Positions 35,904 through 46,900 of a stretch of DNA of 64,000 nt are shown piece by piece. A model generated the notes under the pieces. That model ran no database searches and was not told where the DNA came from. It was given only the letters and a program-made list of their open reading frames with translations. Positions within the stretch are counted from its first letter, which is position 1. Every line of letters begins with the position of its first letter. The translations under genes and the position numbers were made by a program. Source of the DNA: Betaproteobacteria bacterium (lineage in GTDB: Bacteria; Pseudomonadota; Gammaproteobacteria; Burkholderiales; UBA3065); assembly GCA_009927815.1 (NCBI GenBank), contig RFMI01000093.1:678-64677 (forward strand), read 5' to 3'.

Positions 35904-36698
35904 ATGGACGCCATGGACACGCCCTTCACCATTGCTGGCACGACTTACCACTCTCGTTTGCTGGTCGGCACCGGCAAGTACCGCGATTTTGAGCAGACGC
36001 GGCTGGCAGTCGAGGCCAGCGGCGCGCAGATCGTCACCGTCGCCATCCGCCGCACCAACATCGGTCAAGACCCGAATCAGCCGAGCCTGCTCGATGCGCT
36101 GCCGCCGGACCGTTACACCTTGCTGCCCAACACCGCCGGCTGCTACACCGCCGAGGACGCGCTGCGCACGCTGCGTCTGGCGCGTGAGCTGCTCGACGAC
36201 CATCGACTGGTGAAGCTCGAGGTGCTCGGCGACCCGCAATCGCTGTACCCGAATGTTGTGGAGACGATTGCAGCGGCCAAAGTGCTGGTGGCCGAGGGCT
36301 TCGACGTGATGGTCTACACCTCTGACGACCCCATCGTTGCGCAGCAACTGCAGGACGTCGGCTGTTGCGCAGTCATGCCTTTGGCCAGCCTGATTGGTTC
36401 GGGTATGGGCATCCTCAACCCGTGGAATCTGGAGATCATCCTCTCGCGGCTGACGGTGCCGGTAATCGTCGATGCCGGCGTCGGCACCGCCTCGGATGCG
36501 GCCATCGCGATGGAGCTGGGCTGTGCCGGTGTGCTGATGAACACAGCGATCGCCGCCGCCCGGGACCCGATTCGCATGGCGCACGCCATGAAATTGGGCA
36601 TCGAGGCGGGCCGCGAGGCGTATCTGGCCGGGCGCATGCCGAAGAAGGTGTACACGGCGAGTCCGAGTTCCCCCACCAGCGGACTGATTGGGTCGTGA
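35904..36698 (+). CDS. thiG: thiazole synthase
   Basis: Reads 'F.IAG..Y.SRLL.GTGKY' and '[12 protein letters not shown]'. About 265 aa. The start lies 1 nt after the lolD stop. Confidence 0.9.
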   Translation: MDAMDTPFTIAGTTYHSRLLVGTGKYRDFEQTRLAVEASGAQIVTVAIRRTNIGQDPNQPSLLDALPPDRYTLLPNTAGCYTAEDALRTLRLARELLDDHRLVKLEVLGDPQSLYPNVVETIAAAKVLVAEGFDVMVYTSDDPIVAQQLQDVGCCAVMPLASLIGSGMGILNPWNLEIILSRLTVPVIVDAGVGTASDAAIAMELGCAGVLMNTAIAAARDPIRMAHAMKLGIEAGREAYLAGRMPKKVYTASPSSPTSGLIGS

Positions 36699-37459
36699 GC
36701 GACGACACGCTGCCGCCCAAGCAGCGTCTGCTTCTGCCCAAACCGTACACGCCGGCGGCCGATGGCCACCGGGCGGTGCGCAGCTTCGTGTTGCGTCAGG
36801 GCCGCGTCTCCAACGCCCAGGCGCGCGCGGTCGAGACCCTGTTGCCGCGCTGGGGGATACCGTTTTCGCCGGAGCCGCTCGATTACGCAGCGGTATTCGG
36901 TCGCGTGGCGCCAGTGGTGCTGGAGATCGGCTTTGGCATGGGCGAGACCACGGCTGCCATCGCCCGCACGATGCCGGAGCGTGATTTCATCGCGATCGAA
37001 GTGCACACACCGGGGGTCGGTAATTTGCTCAAGTTGATCGACACCCACTTCATTCGCAATCTGCGCGTCATTCAGCACGACGCCGTGGAAGTGCTCGACG
37101 CGATGATTCCCGACGCCAGTCTGGCGGGCGTGCACGTGTTCTTCCCCGACCCGTGGCCGAAGAAGCGCCACCACAAGCGGCGTTTGCTGCAGGCTCCGCT
37201 GGTCGCGACACTCGCACGCAAATTGGTAGCTGGCGGCTATTTGCACGCTGCGACGGATGTCGAGGATTACGCGGCGCAGATGTTGGCGGTGTTCTCGGCG
37301 ACGCCGGGTTTAGTCAATACGGCTGCGGGACTGTCATCCGGCGAACATCTCGTGACCGGCTATGCCGAGCGGCCGGCCTACCGGCCGCAGACCAAGTTCG
37401 AGGCGCGCGGGCTCAAGCTCGGGCATGGCGTGTGGGACGTGGTGTTCCGGCGGGACTGA
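36695..37459 (+). CDS. trmB: tRNA (guanine46-N7)-methyltransferase
   Basis: Contains 'VLEIGFGMG' and '[15 protein letters not shown]'. The GTG start overlaps the thiG stop (GTGA). Confidence 0.85.
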   Translation: MSDDTLPPKQRLLLPKPYTPAADGHRAVRSFVLRQGRVSNAQARAVETLLPRWGIPFSPEPLDYAAVFGRVAPVVLEIGFGMGETTAAIARTMPERDFIAIEVHTPGVGNLLKLIDTHFIRNLRVIQHDAVEVLDAMIPDASLAGVHVFFPDPWPKKRHHKRRLLQAPLVATLARKLVAGGYLHAATDVEDYAAQMLAVFSATPGLVNTAAGLSSGEHLVTGYAERPAYRPQTKFEARGLKLGHGVWDVVFRRD

Positions 37460-37480
37460 GCCTTACAGCCGTACGGCGAC

Positions 37481-38044
37481 TCAATCCAGCGCGGCGTACC
37501 GCACGGCGCTGACCTCCAAGCGCCGGTCGCCGCCCGGCGTGCGCAGAGTCACGCTGTCGCCCTCGCGTGCTTTGAGCAGGGCGCGGGCCATGGGTGACAC
37601 CCAGCTGATGCGACCGCGGCCGACGTCAGCCTCATCGATGCCGACGATGCTGACGGTCTGCTCCTCGCCCGAATCGATATCGAAGATGTCTACAGTGGCG
37701 CCGAAGAACACTTGGTCAGTGGCGTCGCGGGTGGCCGGGTCGACCACTTCAGCGTTGTCGAGGCGCTTACCGAGAAAGCGCAGTCGGCGGTCGATCTCGC
37801 GCAGGCGTTTTTTGCCGTAAAGATAATCACCGTTTTCAGAGCGGTCGCCGTTGCTGGCTGCCCAAGCCACGGTCTCCACCAGTTTGGGCCGCTCGACTTT
37901 CCACAGTTGGTCGAACTCGGCTTGCAGCTGAGCGTGACCGGCCGGTGTCATGTAGTTCTTACTGCCCGCGGGCACCGGATTCGCGTCAACGAATTCCTCG
38001 TCGTCGTCCGGCGGTGTGTCCTCCTTGAAAAACGCTTTGCTCAA
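37481..38044 (-). CDS. greB: transcription elongation factor GreB
   Basis: Has Gre coiled-coil and C-terminal domains: 'NYMTP.G...L..E...L', 'AA..GDRSENGDY.Y.K', 'ISW.SP.A.AL..A..GD'. Confidence 0.8.
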   Translation of the reverse strand: MSKAFFKEDTPPDDDEEFVDANPVPAGSKNYMTPAGHAQLQAEFDQLWKVERPKLVETVAWAASNGDRSENGDYLYGKKRLREIDRRLRFLGKRLDNAEVVDPATRDATDQVFFGATVDIFDIDSGEEQTVSIVGIDEADVGRGRISWVSPMARALLKAREGDSVTLRTPGGDRRLEVSAVRYAALD

Positions 38045-38061
38045 GGGGCTGCCCGCAGGCC

Positions 38062-38910
38062 TCAGATGCCGACTTTCGGCAGGCTCAAGGTTGAGGAAAA
38101 GGTCAAGTCCTTGGAGTCGACAACCTTGGCGGTGAGCTCGCTGCCACCCGCCTTCGGCATGAAGTAAAAGCGGAAATTGGGATTCTCGCTGATCGAGAAG
38201 TCGACATCGGCGCTCAGAATCACCTTGCCGCCATACGCCACTTCAACGTGGCGTACGTATTGCGGTGGGACGAACAAGCGCGTCACCTGGTCCATCTGCA
38301 TGCCGGAGTTGTTGGGGTGCGAGACCATCATCTGCGCCAGGGTCGGCTTACCAGTCTCGACCTCACCTTCAAGCTTGAACTTGATCTTGCCCAGCCGCGC
38401 CAGGGCGGCCTCGTTGTCCTTGCCCGCTGGTGCCGAGCAACCGCCGGCCGCGCGCACATACTTGCGCGCCATGTGCAATTGGCCATCGCTGGTTTCGGCG
38501 ATCACTCGCACCCACGTGTACTCCTCGAGGCGGATGCGCGTCTCGACATCGGCGCGGCCGGATTCGGGGGTCAGCTCAAAGCTGGCGGCGACCGGGGTCG
38601 GGTTCTTGTCGACCACCAGCCACAGTTTGCGGATGTACCGTCCACCCGACTGGTCGATCTTGGCTTTGAGGCCGATCGGTACCACCGAGGCGTCCTCGGC
38701 GCGGAACGGCGCGTCGAGGTCCACCACATCGCCCACGTTGTCGGCAATCGGGCGGTTAGCGAACAGGTACTGGCGCAGGCCCGCCCACTGTTCGGTGTCG
38801 GGGGAGGGCTCGTCGGCAGCGATGGCGAGGGACGTGCCAAGCATCAGGCTGACGATGCCAACAAGCACGGCGCGGAGCAGGGAACGCGGGGATGTCATGG
38901 AAACCTCCAA
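38062..38910 (-). CDS. secreted SoxY-SoxZ fusion-like carrier protein (quinoprotein-dehydrogenase-associated type)
   Basis: Has a Sec signal '...SLAIAADEP'. The SoxY-like half ends in 'AAGGCSAP', which holds the only Cys of the protein (codon 38437-38439). The SoxZ-like half reads 'MVSHPNNSGMQMD...'. Confidence 0.65.
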   Translation of the reverse strand: MEVSMTSPRSLLRAVLVGIVSLMLGTSLAIAADEPSPDTEQWAGLRQYLFANRPIADNVGDVVDLDAPFRAEDASVVPIGLKAKIDQSGGRYIRKLWLVVDKNPTPVAASFELTPESGRADVETRIRLEEYTWVRVIAETSDGQLHMARKYVRAAGGCSAPAGKDNEAALARLGKIKFKLEGEVETGKPTLAQMMVSHPNNSGMQMDQVTRLFVPPQYVRHVEVAYGGKVILSADVDFSISENPNFRFYFMPKAGGSELTAKVVDSKDLTFSSTLSLPKVGI

Positions 38911-39005
38911 GGTCTGTTGCGTTGTCGGCGTAAGCGTGCCGAAACGCCGTAGTTAGTTTTCAGACAACGCGAACCTTACAAGGTTTTGTGGCTGTTGCGA
39001 TGCAG

Positions 39006-40010
39006 TCAGTCTTCCCACTCCAGTTCGGCGTAGGCGGCGGTGACATTGCGGCGGTGGTACAGCTCCGTAAGCTGCCAGCCGGCGGGCGCAGTCAGCGTGT
39101 CGACGGCACGCGCCAAGGCGGTGCCAATGCGCAAGCTGGCGCGCACCCGGTCACGCAGGTCGAGCAGATAGGCGTGTTCGCGGTCCCAAGCGGCTGCAAC
39201 TGCCGCGGCGCCGCTGGCGACGCCGCCATGACCCGGCACCACCCGGGTGGCGGATAGCGCCCGCAGGGTCGGGATCTGCGCCAGCCAGCCGGTCAGGCTG
39301 CCATCCAGCACCGGAATGTGGTCGACAAACAGCAAATCGCCTGCGAACAGCGTGCCACTGGTCTCGTCGGATACGGTCAGGTCGTTGTCGGTGTGGGCGG
39401 TGGGCCAGCTGCGTACGGTCAGGTCGCGATTGCCCAGGTTGATTTGCACGGTCTGCGCCCCCACCAGCGAGGTCGGCGCGACGAACACCGGTGCACGGTC
39501 GGCGCCAAGCTGGCGCAAGGCCAAGGCCGTGTACGTCGACTGACGGGCGGCCAAGGCTGCTGGCAAGCGCTGGCTGGCGACGAACTCTGGCGCGGGCTTC
39601 AGCGAGGCCAGCGCGGCGTTGCCGAGAATGTGGTCGGGGTGAACATGTGTGCTGATTACCGCACACACTGGCAATGGGCTTTGGCTACGAATAGCGGCGA
39701 GCAGGGCTTCGCCGGTCGCGGTGCTGCCGCCACTGTCGATCACGGCGATGCAGCGTTCGCCGACCACGAAACCCCAGTTGGAGGTGTCGCCATCGTTGTC
39801 GCGGGTGGCCTCCGCGATCTGGCCCGTGTGCACGAACACGCCCGGCGCGACTTCATTCACCGGTGCGGGGTCCGCCGCCCGCGTTGATCCGCTCGCGCCG
39901 GTCAGCGCGAGCGTCAGGACCAGAGCTGGCATGCGCAGCCATCCGCCGACCCGCCGGATGTCCGCCGGACGGGCCCGCGAAACCGCAGCGATGCAGCGAG
40001 GATTGCTCAT
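39006..40010 (-). CDS. secreted metallo-beta-lactamase-fold zinc hydrolase (quinoprotein-relay-associated type)
   Basis: Contains 'STHVHPDH' (HxHxDH), 'HTDNDL' and 'VVPGHG', with a signal-like 'MPALVLTLALTGASG'. A shorter start at 39932 is possible. Confidence 0.7.
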   Translation of the reverse strand: MSNPRCIAAVSRARPADIRRVGGWLRMPALVLTLALTGASGSTRAADPAPVNEVAPGVFVHTGQIAEATRDNDGDTSNWGFVVGERCIAVIDSGGSTATGEALLAAIRSQSPLPVCAVISTHVHPDHILGNAALASLKPAPEFVASQRLPAALAARQSTYTALALRQLGADRAPVFVAPTSLVGAQTVQINLGNRDLTVRSWPTAHTDNDLTVSDETSGTLFAGDLLFVDHIPVLDGSLTGWLAQIPTLRALSATRVVPGHGGVASGAAAVAAAWDREHAYLLDLRDRVRASLRIGTALARAVDTLTAPAGWQLTELYHRRNVTAAYAELEWED

Positions 40011-40092
40011 AGAACGAGTCTACCGCCGGGCGCCTGGCAGGCGCGACTTTGTTACACTCGATCCATCAGTCAACGTTGTGAAGGCCGCTGCC

Positions 40093-41418
40093 ATGACCTC
40101 TGCCGCTCAGTCTCCGCACCGCATCGTCGTTGTCGGTGGAGGTGCCGGTGGCCTTGAGTTGGCCACTCGGCTGGGCGACACGCTGGGGCGAAAGGGTGTG
40201 GCCGAGATCACGCTCGTCGACCGCAGCCGTACGCATTTATGGAAGCCGCTGCTGCACGAGGTCGCCGCAGGCAGCATGGACATCGACGATCACGAGTTGG
40301 AGTACCTGGCGCAGGCGCGCTGGCACCACTTCAAGTACCGACTCGGCGCTCTGGCCGGCATCGACCGGCAGAAGAAGTTGGTCAAGCTGGCGCCAGTGTT
40401 CGACGACGAGGGCGAGGTCATCATCGAGGCGCGTACGGTGCCGTACGACACCCTGGTGGTTGCCATCGGTTCGGTGTCCAACGACTTCGGCACGCCGGGT
40501 GTGGCCGAGTACTGCATCTCGCTGGACACCCAAGCCGACGCCGAGCGCTTTCATAAGCGGCTGATCAACAACTGCATGCGCGCGCAAGCCCAGCGCGGCC
40601 CCTTGCAAGCGGGGCAGCTCAGTGTGGCGATCGTGGGTGCCGGCGCCACGGGCGTCGAGCTGGCGGCAGAACTCCACCGCACCGTGCGCGAGCTGGCGGC
40701 GTTCGGCCTCGACAAGATCGATCCGGCACGCGACATCCAAATCACCATCATCGAGGCGGCGCCCCGCATCCTGATGCAGTTACCGGACCGGCTGGCATCT
40801 TCGGCGATGGACCTGCTGCGCGGACTCAATGTGCAGGTGCTGACCAACGAGAAAGTCACTGCGGTCACTGCCGAGGGGGTGAAGACCGCCAGCGGTAGGT
40901 TTGTGCCGGCGCGTCAGGTGGTGTGGGCGGCTGGCATCAAGGGCTCCCCCATTCTCGCTGGCCTCGACGGCCTCGAGGTGACGCGCAATCATCTGCTGGT
41001 GGTGCGTTCGACGCTGCAGACCAGTCGTGATGACGACATCTTCGCCATCGGCGATTGCGCCGCCTGCCCCTGGCCGGAGAAGGACAGCACTGTGCCGCCG
41101 CGCGCTCAGGCCGCGCATCAGCAAGCCAGCACATTGCTCAAGACGCTTAAGCGCCGCCTCCAGGGGCGTCCGCCGCTCGACTACCGCTATCAGGACTTCG
41201 GTTCGCTGGTGAGCTTGGGCGAATACAGCACGGTTGGCTCATTGATGGGCGGCCTGCACAAAGGCACGCTGATGCTCGAGGGCTTCATTGCCGGGCTGAT
41301 GTACAAATCGCTCTATCAGATGCACTTGGTGGCTCTTCACGGCTGGGTCAAGGTGGGGCTCGATACGCTCGCGCGCACCATCACCCGGCGGACTGAGCCG
41401 CACATCAAGCTGCACTGA
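40093..41418 (+). CDS. ndh: type II NADH:quinone oxidoreductase (NDH-2)
   Basis: Contains 'IVVVGGGAGGLELATRLG', 'HLWKPLLHEVA' and the second dinucleotide motif 'IVGAGATGVELA'. I used the internal ATG 40093. Confidence 0.9.
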   Translation: MTSAAQSPHRIVVVGGGAGGLELATRLGDTLGRKGVAEITLVDRSRTHLWKPLLHEVAAGSMDIDDHELEYLAQARWHHFKYRLGALAGIDRQKKLVKLAPVFDDEGEVIIEARTVPYDTLVVAIGSVSNDFGTPGVAEYCISLDTQADAERFHKRLINNCMRAQAQRGPLQAGQLSVAIVGAGATGVELAAELHRTVRELAAFGLDKIDPARDIQITIIEAAPRILMQLPDRLASSAMDLLRGLNVQVLTNEKVTAVTAEGVKTASGRFVPARQVVWAAGIKGSPILAGLDGLEVTRNHLLVVRSTLQTSRDDDIFAIGDCAACPWPEKDSTVPPRAQAAHQQASTLLKTLKRRLQGRPPLDYRYQDFGSLVSLGEYSTVGSLMGGLHKGTLMLEGFIAGLMYKSLYQMHLVALHGWVKVGLDTLARTITRRTEPHIKLH

Positions 41419-41422
41419 CACC

Positions 41423-42844
41423 ATGCTCGGCGTGATCGCGCGTCTGCGCCAGCCGCTCGCCTGCGCCGCGCTGCTGTGCGTGACGCTGTTGCCGGCGCTA
41501 ACTGGCTGCGCGTGGCGCGAATACCGGCCGGCTCCGCTAGACCTGCCTGCTGGCGAGGCAGCCTTTGTTGCCAGCCGCCTCGACGATGCCGACACCCGCG
41601 GTCTGCTGGAGCACTATGGCGTCGACACGCGTGACTGGCCCGACCTGGTCTGGACCCGCGAGACCTTGCTGGTGCCGCTGGTTGCGCGCCACCCTGAGCT
41701 GCGAGCGGCGAGGTCGCGAGCTGAGGCTGCTGCCGCGCGCGTGGCCATCCCGAAGCCACGACCGAATCCGGAGCTCAGCACCACGCTCGAGAACCACAGT
41801 GCTAGCGGCACGTCGCCTTGGAGTGTTGGGGCGGCGCTGTCGTTCAGCGTCAATTCTCAGCCGCTGCGAAACGCGCAAATCGCTGTGGCCAGCGCCGAGG
41901 CGCGCGACGCTGCATTGGCGGCCGGCGAGGTGGCGTGGCGCCTCTACCGAGCGTTGGGTGATGCGCTGTTGGAGCAGCAGTCGGCTGAGTCGGCCTTGCG
42001 GCTCGCCGACGATGCGCTGGCACTGGCGCAAGCCCGCAGCGAGAGCGTGGCGGTGCGGCAGCGCTATGGCGTGGCTGCCGCCGTCGAGTTGCAACTGACC
42101 AATGAGGCGCTGATCGCGGTGCGGCGAGAGCGCGCGGTTGCCGAGGGCGCGGTGACCAAGGCGCGTGCTCGTTTGGCGCAGGCGCTGGCCGTGCCGGTCG
42201 CGGCCTTGGACCGCGTGCGTGTGGCGCCTTGGCCGGTCCTGGCGCCCGATGCCGAAGCACCGTTACCGGCGCTGGACGCAGCCGACGCCCGTGCGATCGC
42301 GCTGCGCAACCGCCTCGACCTCGCCCGCGAACTGGCGCGCTATGAAGTCGCGGAAGCCGATGTGCGACTGGAGGTTGCACGGCAATACCCGCAGGTCCGG
42401 CTCAGTCCCGGCTTGCTGTGGGACCAGGGCGATCGGGTCTGGCAGCTTGGCCTGAGCCTGCCGCTGCAACTGTTCCAGCGCAACCGGGCAGCGATCGACG
42501 CAGCTGAAGCGCGGCGGACGGCGCAGGCGCAAACCGTGCTGGCGCGGCAGAGCGCGATCGCCAGCGAGATCGAATCGCTGCGTCAGGCGGTGCTGGCTAG
42601 CGATGCCCCGATACGGCTGGCGCGGCTTGAGGTCGAGGCGACCACGACGCATGTCCAGCAGGTGCAGGCGCAGTTCGATGCCGGTGCGGCTGACGCTTTA
42701 ACCCTGATCAACGCGCGCGGCCTCGCCTTGCAAGCCCGGCGCCACTTGAATGACGCAGGCCAGGCTTGGCGGCAGGCACAATGGGCGCTTGAAACCGGTT
42801 TGCAGTCACCTTTGCCGACCGACCCGCCACACCAACACCCCTGA
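41423..42844 (+). CDS. outer-membrane efflux lipoprotein (TolC/NodT family)
   Basis: Has a lipobox 'LTGC' and a coiled, repeat-rich OMF architecture. The start lies 4 nt after the ndh stop. Confidence 0.75.
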   Translation: MLGVIARLRQPLACAALLCVTLLPALTGCAWREYRPAPLDLPAGEAAFVASRLDDADTRGLLEHYGVDTRDWPDLVWTRETLLVPLVARHPELRAARSRAEAAAARVAIPKPRPNPELSTTLENHSASGTSPWSVGAALSFSVNSQPLRNAQIAVASAEARDAALAAGEVAWRLYRALGDALLEQQSAESALRLADDALALAQARSESVAVRQRYGVAAAVELQLTNEALIAVRRERAVAEGAVTKARARLAQALAVPVAALDRVRVAPWPVLAPDAEAPLPALDAADARAIALRNRLDLARELARYEVAEADVRLEVARQYPQVRLSPGLLWDQGDRVWQLGLSLPLQLFQRNRAAIDAAEARRTAQAQTVLARQSAIASEIESLRQAVLASDAPIRLARLEVEATTTHVQQVQAQFDAGAADALTLINARGLALQARRHLNDAGQAWRQAQWALETGLQSPLPTDPPHQHP

Positions 42845-42848
42845 GCCG

Positions 42849-43886
42849 ATGAATCTGCGCTGGAAATCTGTATTGATCGCTGTTCAGGCGCTGCTCATCG
42901 TCGGGCTGGTGTGGACCTTGGCGCTGTATGGCCGCGACGAGTTTCAGGCCGATGGCGACGGTGACGACGCGCTCGCCACACCCGCAGCGCGGGTCGTCGG
43001 CAACCGTGTGCTGATTCCGGCGGAGGCCCAGCGTGCCGCCGGCATCGCGGTGGAGAGTGCACCGACGGCCGAATATCGTGCGGCGCAACGCTTCTTCGGC
43101 GCTGTGGCCGATCCGCGGTCGCTGGTGGACGCGCGTCAGCGCTACCTCAATCTGTCGAGCCAGATGGCTGCTGTTGAGGCCGCACTGACGCAGCGGCGGG
43201 CCGAGCTGGCGCGGATCCAGGGTCTCTACAACGAAGGCCGCAACGCTACGACGCGTGAGCTGGAGGCGGCACAAGCCACGCTGACGGTCGACGAGCAGCG
43301 CTTGCTCGCCTTGCAGACCGAGCGTCGTGGCATCGTTGAGGCGCTCCGAGTGACTTGGGGCGAGGCATTTGCGGCCCAGCCGGGGGACACCGGTGGCCTG
43401 CTGGGGCAAGCCGCCGCGCGCGCCATCGACGTCGTCCAGTTCGTGGTTCCGCCGGGCTTTGATCCGCGCGATGTGCATTGGCGGGTGGCGCCGGTGGCGA
43501 CTGGCACCACGGGGGTCGCTGCGCATCTGATTGGCCGCTCACCGCAGGCCCTTGCGGGGGTGCCCGGCGAGACCTGGTTGCTGACACTGCCTCCGAGCGG
43601 TCAGCCAGCCGGGTCGCGGGTGCGGGTGTCGGCCGATAGTTCGCGCCCTCTGACAGGTGTCCGGGTGCCGCCGGCGGCCGTGGTGCGATTCGGTGGCAAG
43701 GCTTGGGTCTACGTGCGCGTCGCGCCCGAGCAGTTTGAGCGCCAGCCGCTGGCGACCGATCGGCCGCTGGCTGACGGTCTGTTTAGCGATACCTTGACGC
43801 CGCAGTCGCAGCTGGTGGTTAGCGGCGCGCAGCTGCTGCTGTCCGAAGAGTTCAAGTTCCAGATCAAGAACGAGAACTCGGACTAG
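42849..43886 (+). CDS. RND efflux periplasmic adaptor (membrane fusion protein)
   Basis: Has an N-terminal TM anchor, a coiled-coil hairpin region and a C-terminal beta domain. It sits between the OMF and RND genes. I used the internal ATG 42849, 4 nt after the OMF stop. Confidence 0.65.
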   Translation: MNLRWKSVLIAVQALLIVGLVWTLALYGRDEFQADGDGDDALATPAARVVGNRVLIPAEAQRAAGIAVESAPTAEYRAAQRFFGAVADPRSLVDARQRYLNLSSQMAAVEAALTQRRAELARIQGLYNEGRNATTRELEAAQATLTVDEQRLLALQTERRGIVEALRVTWGEAFAAQPGDTGGLLGQAAARAIDVVQFVVPPGFDPRDVHWRVAPVATGTTGVAAHLIGRSPQALAGVPGETWLLTLPPSGQPAGSRVRVSADSSRPLTGVRVPPAAVVRFGGKAWVYVRVAPEQFERQPLATDRPLADGLFSDTLTPQSQLVVSGAQLLLSEEFKFQIKNENSD

Positions 43887-43900
43887 GCCACGCCCAGGTC

Positions 43901-46900
43901 ATGCTCGCGGCCCTTGTCCGTTTTTCGATCCGCAACCCCGGTGCCGTGCTGGCGCTGGCCGTGGCGACCCTGGTGTACGGCATCTATTCGGCGCGGGTGG
44001 CGCGGCTCGATGTCTTCCCCGAATTCTCGCCGCCGCAGGTGGTGATCCAGACCGAGGCGCCGGGGTTTTCCGCCGAACTGGTCGAGACCTTGGTCAGCCG
44101 CCCGATCGAGGCGGTGCTCAACGGCACCGTGGGGGTCGCGAGTCTGCGCAGCCAGTCGATCCCGGGCTTGTCGGTGGTCACCCTGATCTTCGACGATGAC
44201 AGCGACGTGTTCCGCAATCGCCAACTGGTGGGCGAGAAGCTCGGCATTCTGGCCAACCGTCTGCCATCCGGGGTGGCAGCGCCCAACATCACGCCGCTGA
44301 CATCCTCGGCCAGTTCAACGCTGGGCATCGGCTTGACCGCCAAAGACCGCACCCTGATGGACGTGTACGACCTCGCTCAGTTCGTCGTGCGTCCGCATCT
44401 ACTCAGTGCATCCGGCGTCGCCGACGTCAATGTGTTCGGCGGCAAGGTGCGGCAGTGGCAGGTCCAGTTCGAGCCGGATACGTTGATTCGTGCCGGTGTG
44501 GGGGTCAATGACCTGGTGGAGGCGGTGCGGCGCAGCAGCGGGCTGCGGCCGGGCGGCACCGTTGAGACGCGCAACCAGCGGATCCTCGTCACCAGCGAGG
44601 GCCAACCCGCCAGTGCCGCCGAACTGGCACAGGCGGTGTTGAGCGTGCGCAACGGTCAGGTTTTGCGGCTGGCTGACGTGGCGACGGTGGTCGAGGCGCC
44701 AGCGCCGTCAATCAGCGCGGCTACGATCAATGGCACGCCGGGTGTGTTCTTGATGGTGCAGGGTCAGCTCGGCGCCAACACGTATGCCACCACGCTGGCG
44801 GTGGAGTCTCGTCTTGACCAGTTGCGGCCGCTCTTGCAACGCGAGGGCTTGACCGTGCATACGCAGTTGTTCCGGCCGGCCAGCTTCATCGAGACCTCGA
44901 TCGGCAATGTGCAGCGCGATATTCTCATCGGCTCGGCGCTGGTGGTGGCGGTGCTGTTCCTCTTCTTGTTCAACGCTCGCACGGCGTTGGTGTCGGCCAC
45001 GGCCATCCCTTTGTCGCTGCTGGCCTCGATCATCGTGCTGGTGGAGCAGGGCGTCTCGCTCAACATCATGGTGCTGGGCGGCTTGGTGATCGCGCTGGGC
45101 GAGGTGGTCGATGACGCGATCATCGATGTCGAGAACATCTTCCGGCGCCTGCGCGAAAACCGTGCGGCAGGCGGGGCGCGTCCCGACTGGCAGGTGGTGC
45201 TCGATGCGTCGCTGGAAGTGCGATCGTCAGTCATTTACGCCACGTTCATTGTGGTGGTGGTGTTCTTCCCGCTGCTGACCTTGTCCGGCGTGGCCGGCCG
45301 CTTGTTCGAACCACTCGGGCTGGCCTATATCTACGCGCTGCTGGCGTCACTGGCGGTGGCGCTGACGGTGACGCCGGCGCTGTGCTACCTGCTGCTGACC
45401 CACGGCGTGCCCTTAAAGTCCGAGGATCCGCCGGTGATCGCGTGGCTTCGCCGCGGCTACATCACGCTTTTGCGGGGCATCGAAACTTCGGCGCGACCGG
45501 TGGTGCTCACGACCTTGGCTGTGGTGCTGCTTGGTCTGGCGGCTTTGCCGCTGTTCCGCATCGAGTTCGTGCCCGAGCTGCGCGAGGGGCACTACATCGT
45601 CCACATGACGGCGCTGCCCGGCACCAGCGAGGCCGAGTCGCTGCGCATCGGGCGCAAGGTGACCGATGCCATCGGCAGCGTGCCCGGGGTGCAATCGGTG
45701 ACGCAGTGGGTCGGGCGCGCGCAGAACGGCGCCGACACCTTTGGCATGCACTATTCCGAGATCGAGGTCGAGATCGGACCGCTGCCCGCCGAAGAGCAGG
45801 CGCGGGTGCTCGACGGTATCCGCGAGCACCTCACCACGATACCGGGCAAGCCAGGCGTCGCGCCGTTTCCCGGAGTGAGTTTTGGCGTCAATACCTTTCT
45901 GGCCGAGCGTATCGAAGAAACGGTGTCGGGCTATGCCGCTGAATTCGTGGTGGAGTTGTTCGGCAACGACCTCGACTTGCTCGACCGCGACGCCAAGGCG
46001 GTGGCGCAGACGCTGTCGGGCATCGCCGGTGCCCGCGACATCACCATCCAGTCGCCGCCCGGTACGCCTCAGTTCACGTTCCGCCTGGACGCGGCACGAC
46101 TGGCCGAGCGCGGCCTGCAGACCTTGGAGATGCTTGAGCTCATTCGCACGGTCTACGGGGGTATCGAGGTCGGTCAGGTGCTGGAGCAGGGCCGCACCAT
46201 CCCGCTGGTGGTGATCGCCGCCAGCGATGAGCGCTTGGCCCTCGAACGTGCCGGCCAGCTGCGCTTCACTGCGCCCGACGGCAGCCTGTTTGCCCTGAAG
46301 GACGTTGCCGAAGTGCGTCAGACCAATGGCCGCAGCAAGATCTTGCACAGCGGCGGCAAGCGCGTGCAGACCGTCACCTGCAACATCCAGGGCCGCGACG
46401 TGCCGGGATTCTTGCGCGAAGTCGAGACCGCGCTGCGCCAGCAGGTGCGCCTCGGCACCGGCAACTACCTGAGCATCGGCGGAGATGCCGCCGCCGCGGC
46501 CAAGGCCCGCAACGACCTCTTGGCGCACACGGTGCTAGCGACCGTGGGCGTGCTGTTGCTGCTGTACCTGGCCCTGGGCAGTGGCCGCAATCTGCTGATC
46601 ACCCTGCTCAACTTACCGTTTGCCTTGATCGGTGGCGTGGCCGCGGTGGTGGTGTCCGGCGGCTGGCTGTCGATCGGCTCGCTGGTGGGGTTCGTCACCC
46701 TGTTTGGCATTACCCTGCGCAACACGATCATGCTGGTCTCGCACTACCAGCACTTGGTCGAGGTCGATGGCCTGCCCTGGAACGCCCAGACCGCGCTGCT
46801 GGGGGCGTCGGAACGGCTGCCGTCGATCCTGATGACGGCCATCGTCACCGCGCTGGGGCTCATGCCCCTGGTGGTTGGCAGTGGCGAACCGGGCCGCGAG

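Noticed and set aside
40011-40092. A possible sigma54 promoter or operator at CGCCTGGCAGGCG in the MBL/ndh divergent region
   Set aside because: The TGGCAG is not followed by a TTGC element at the required -12 spacing. The 13-nt palindrome is short and GC-rich and could arise by chance in this composition.
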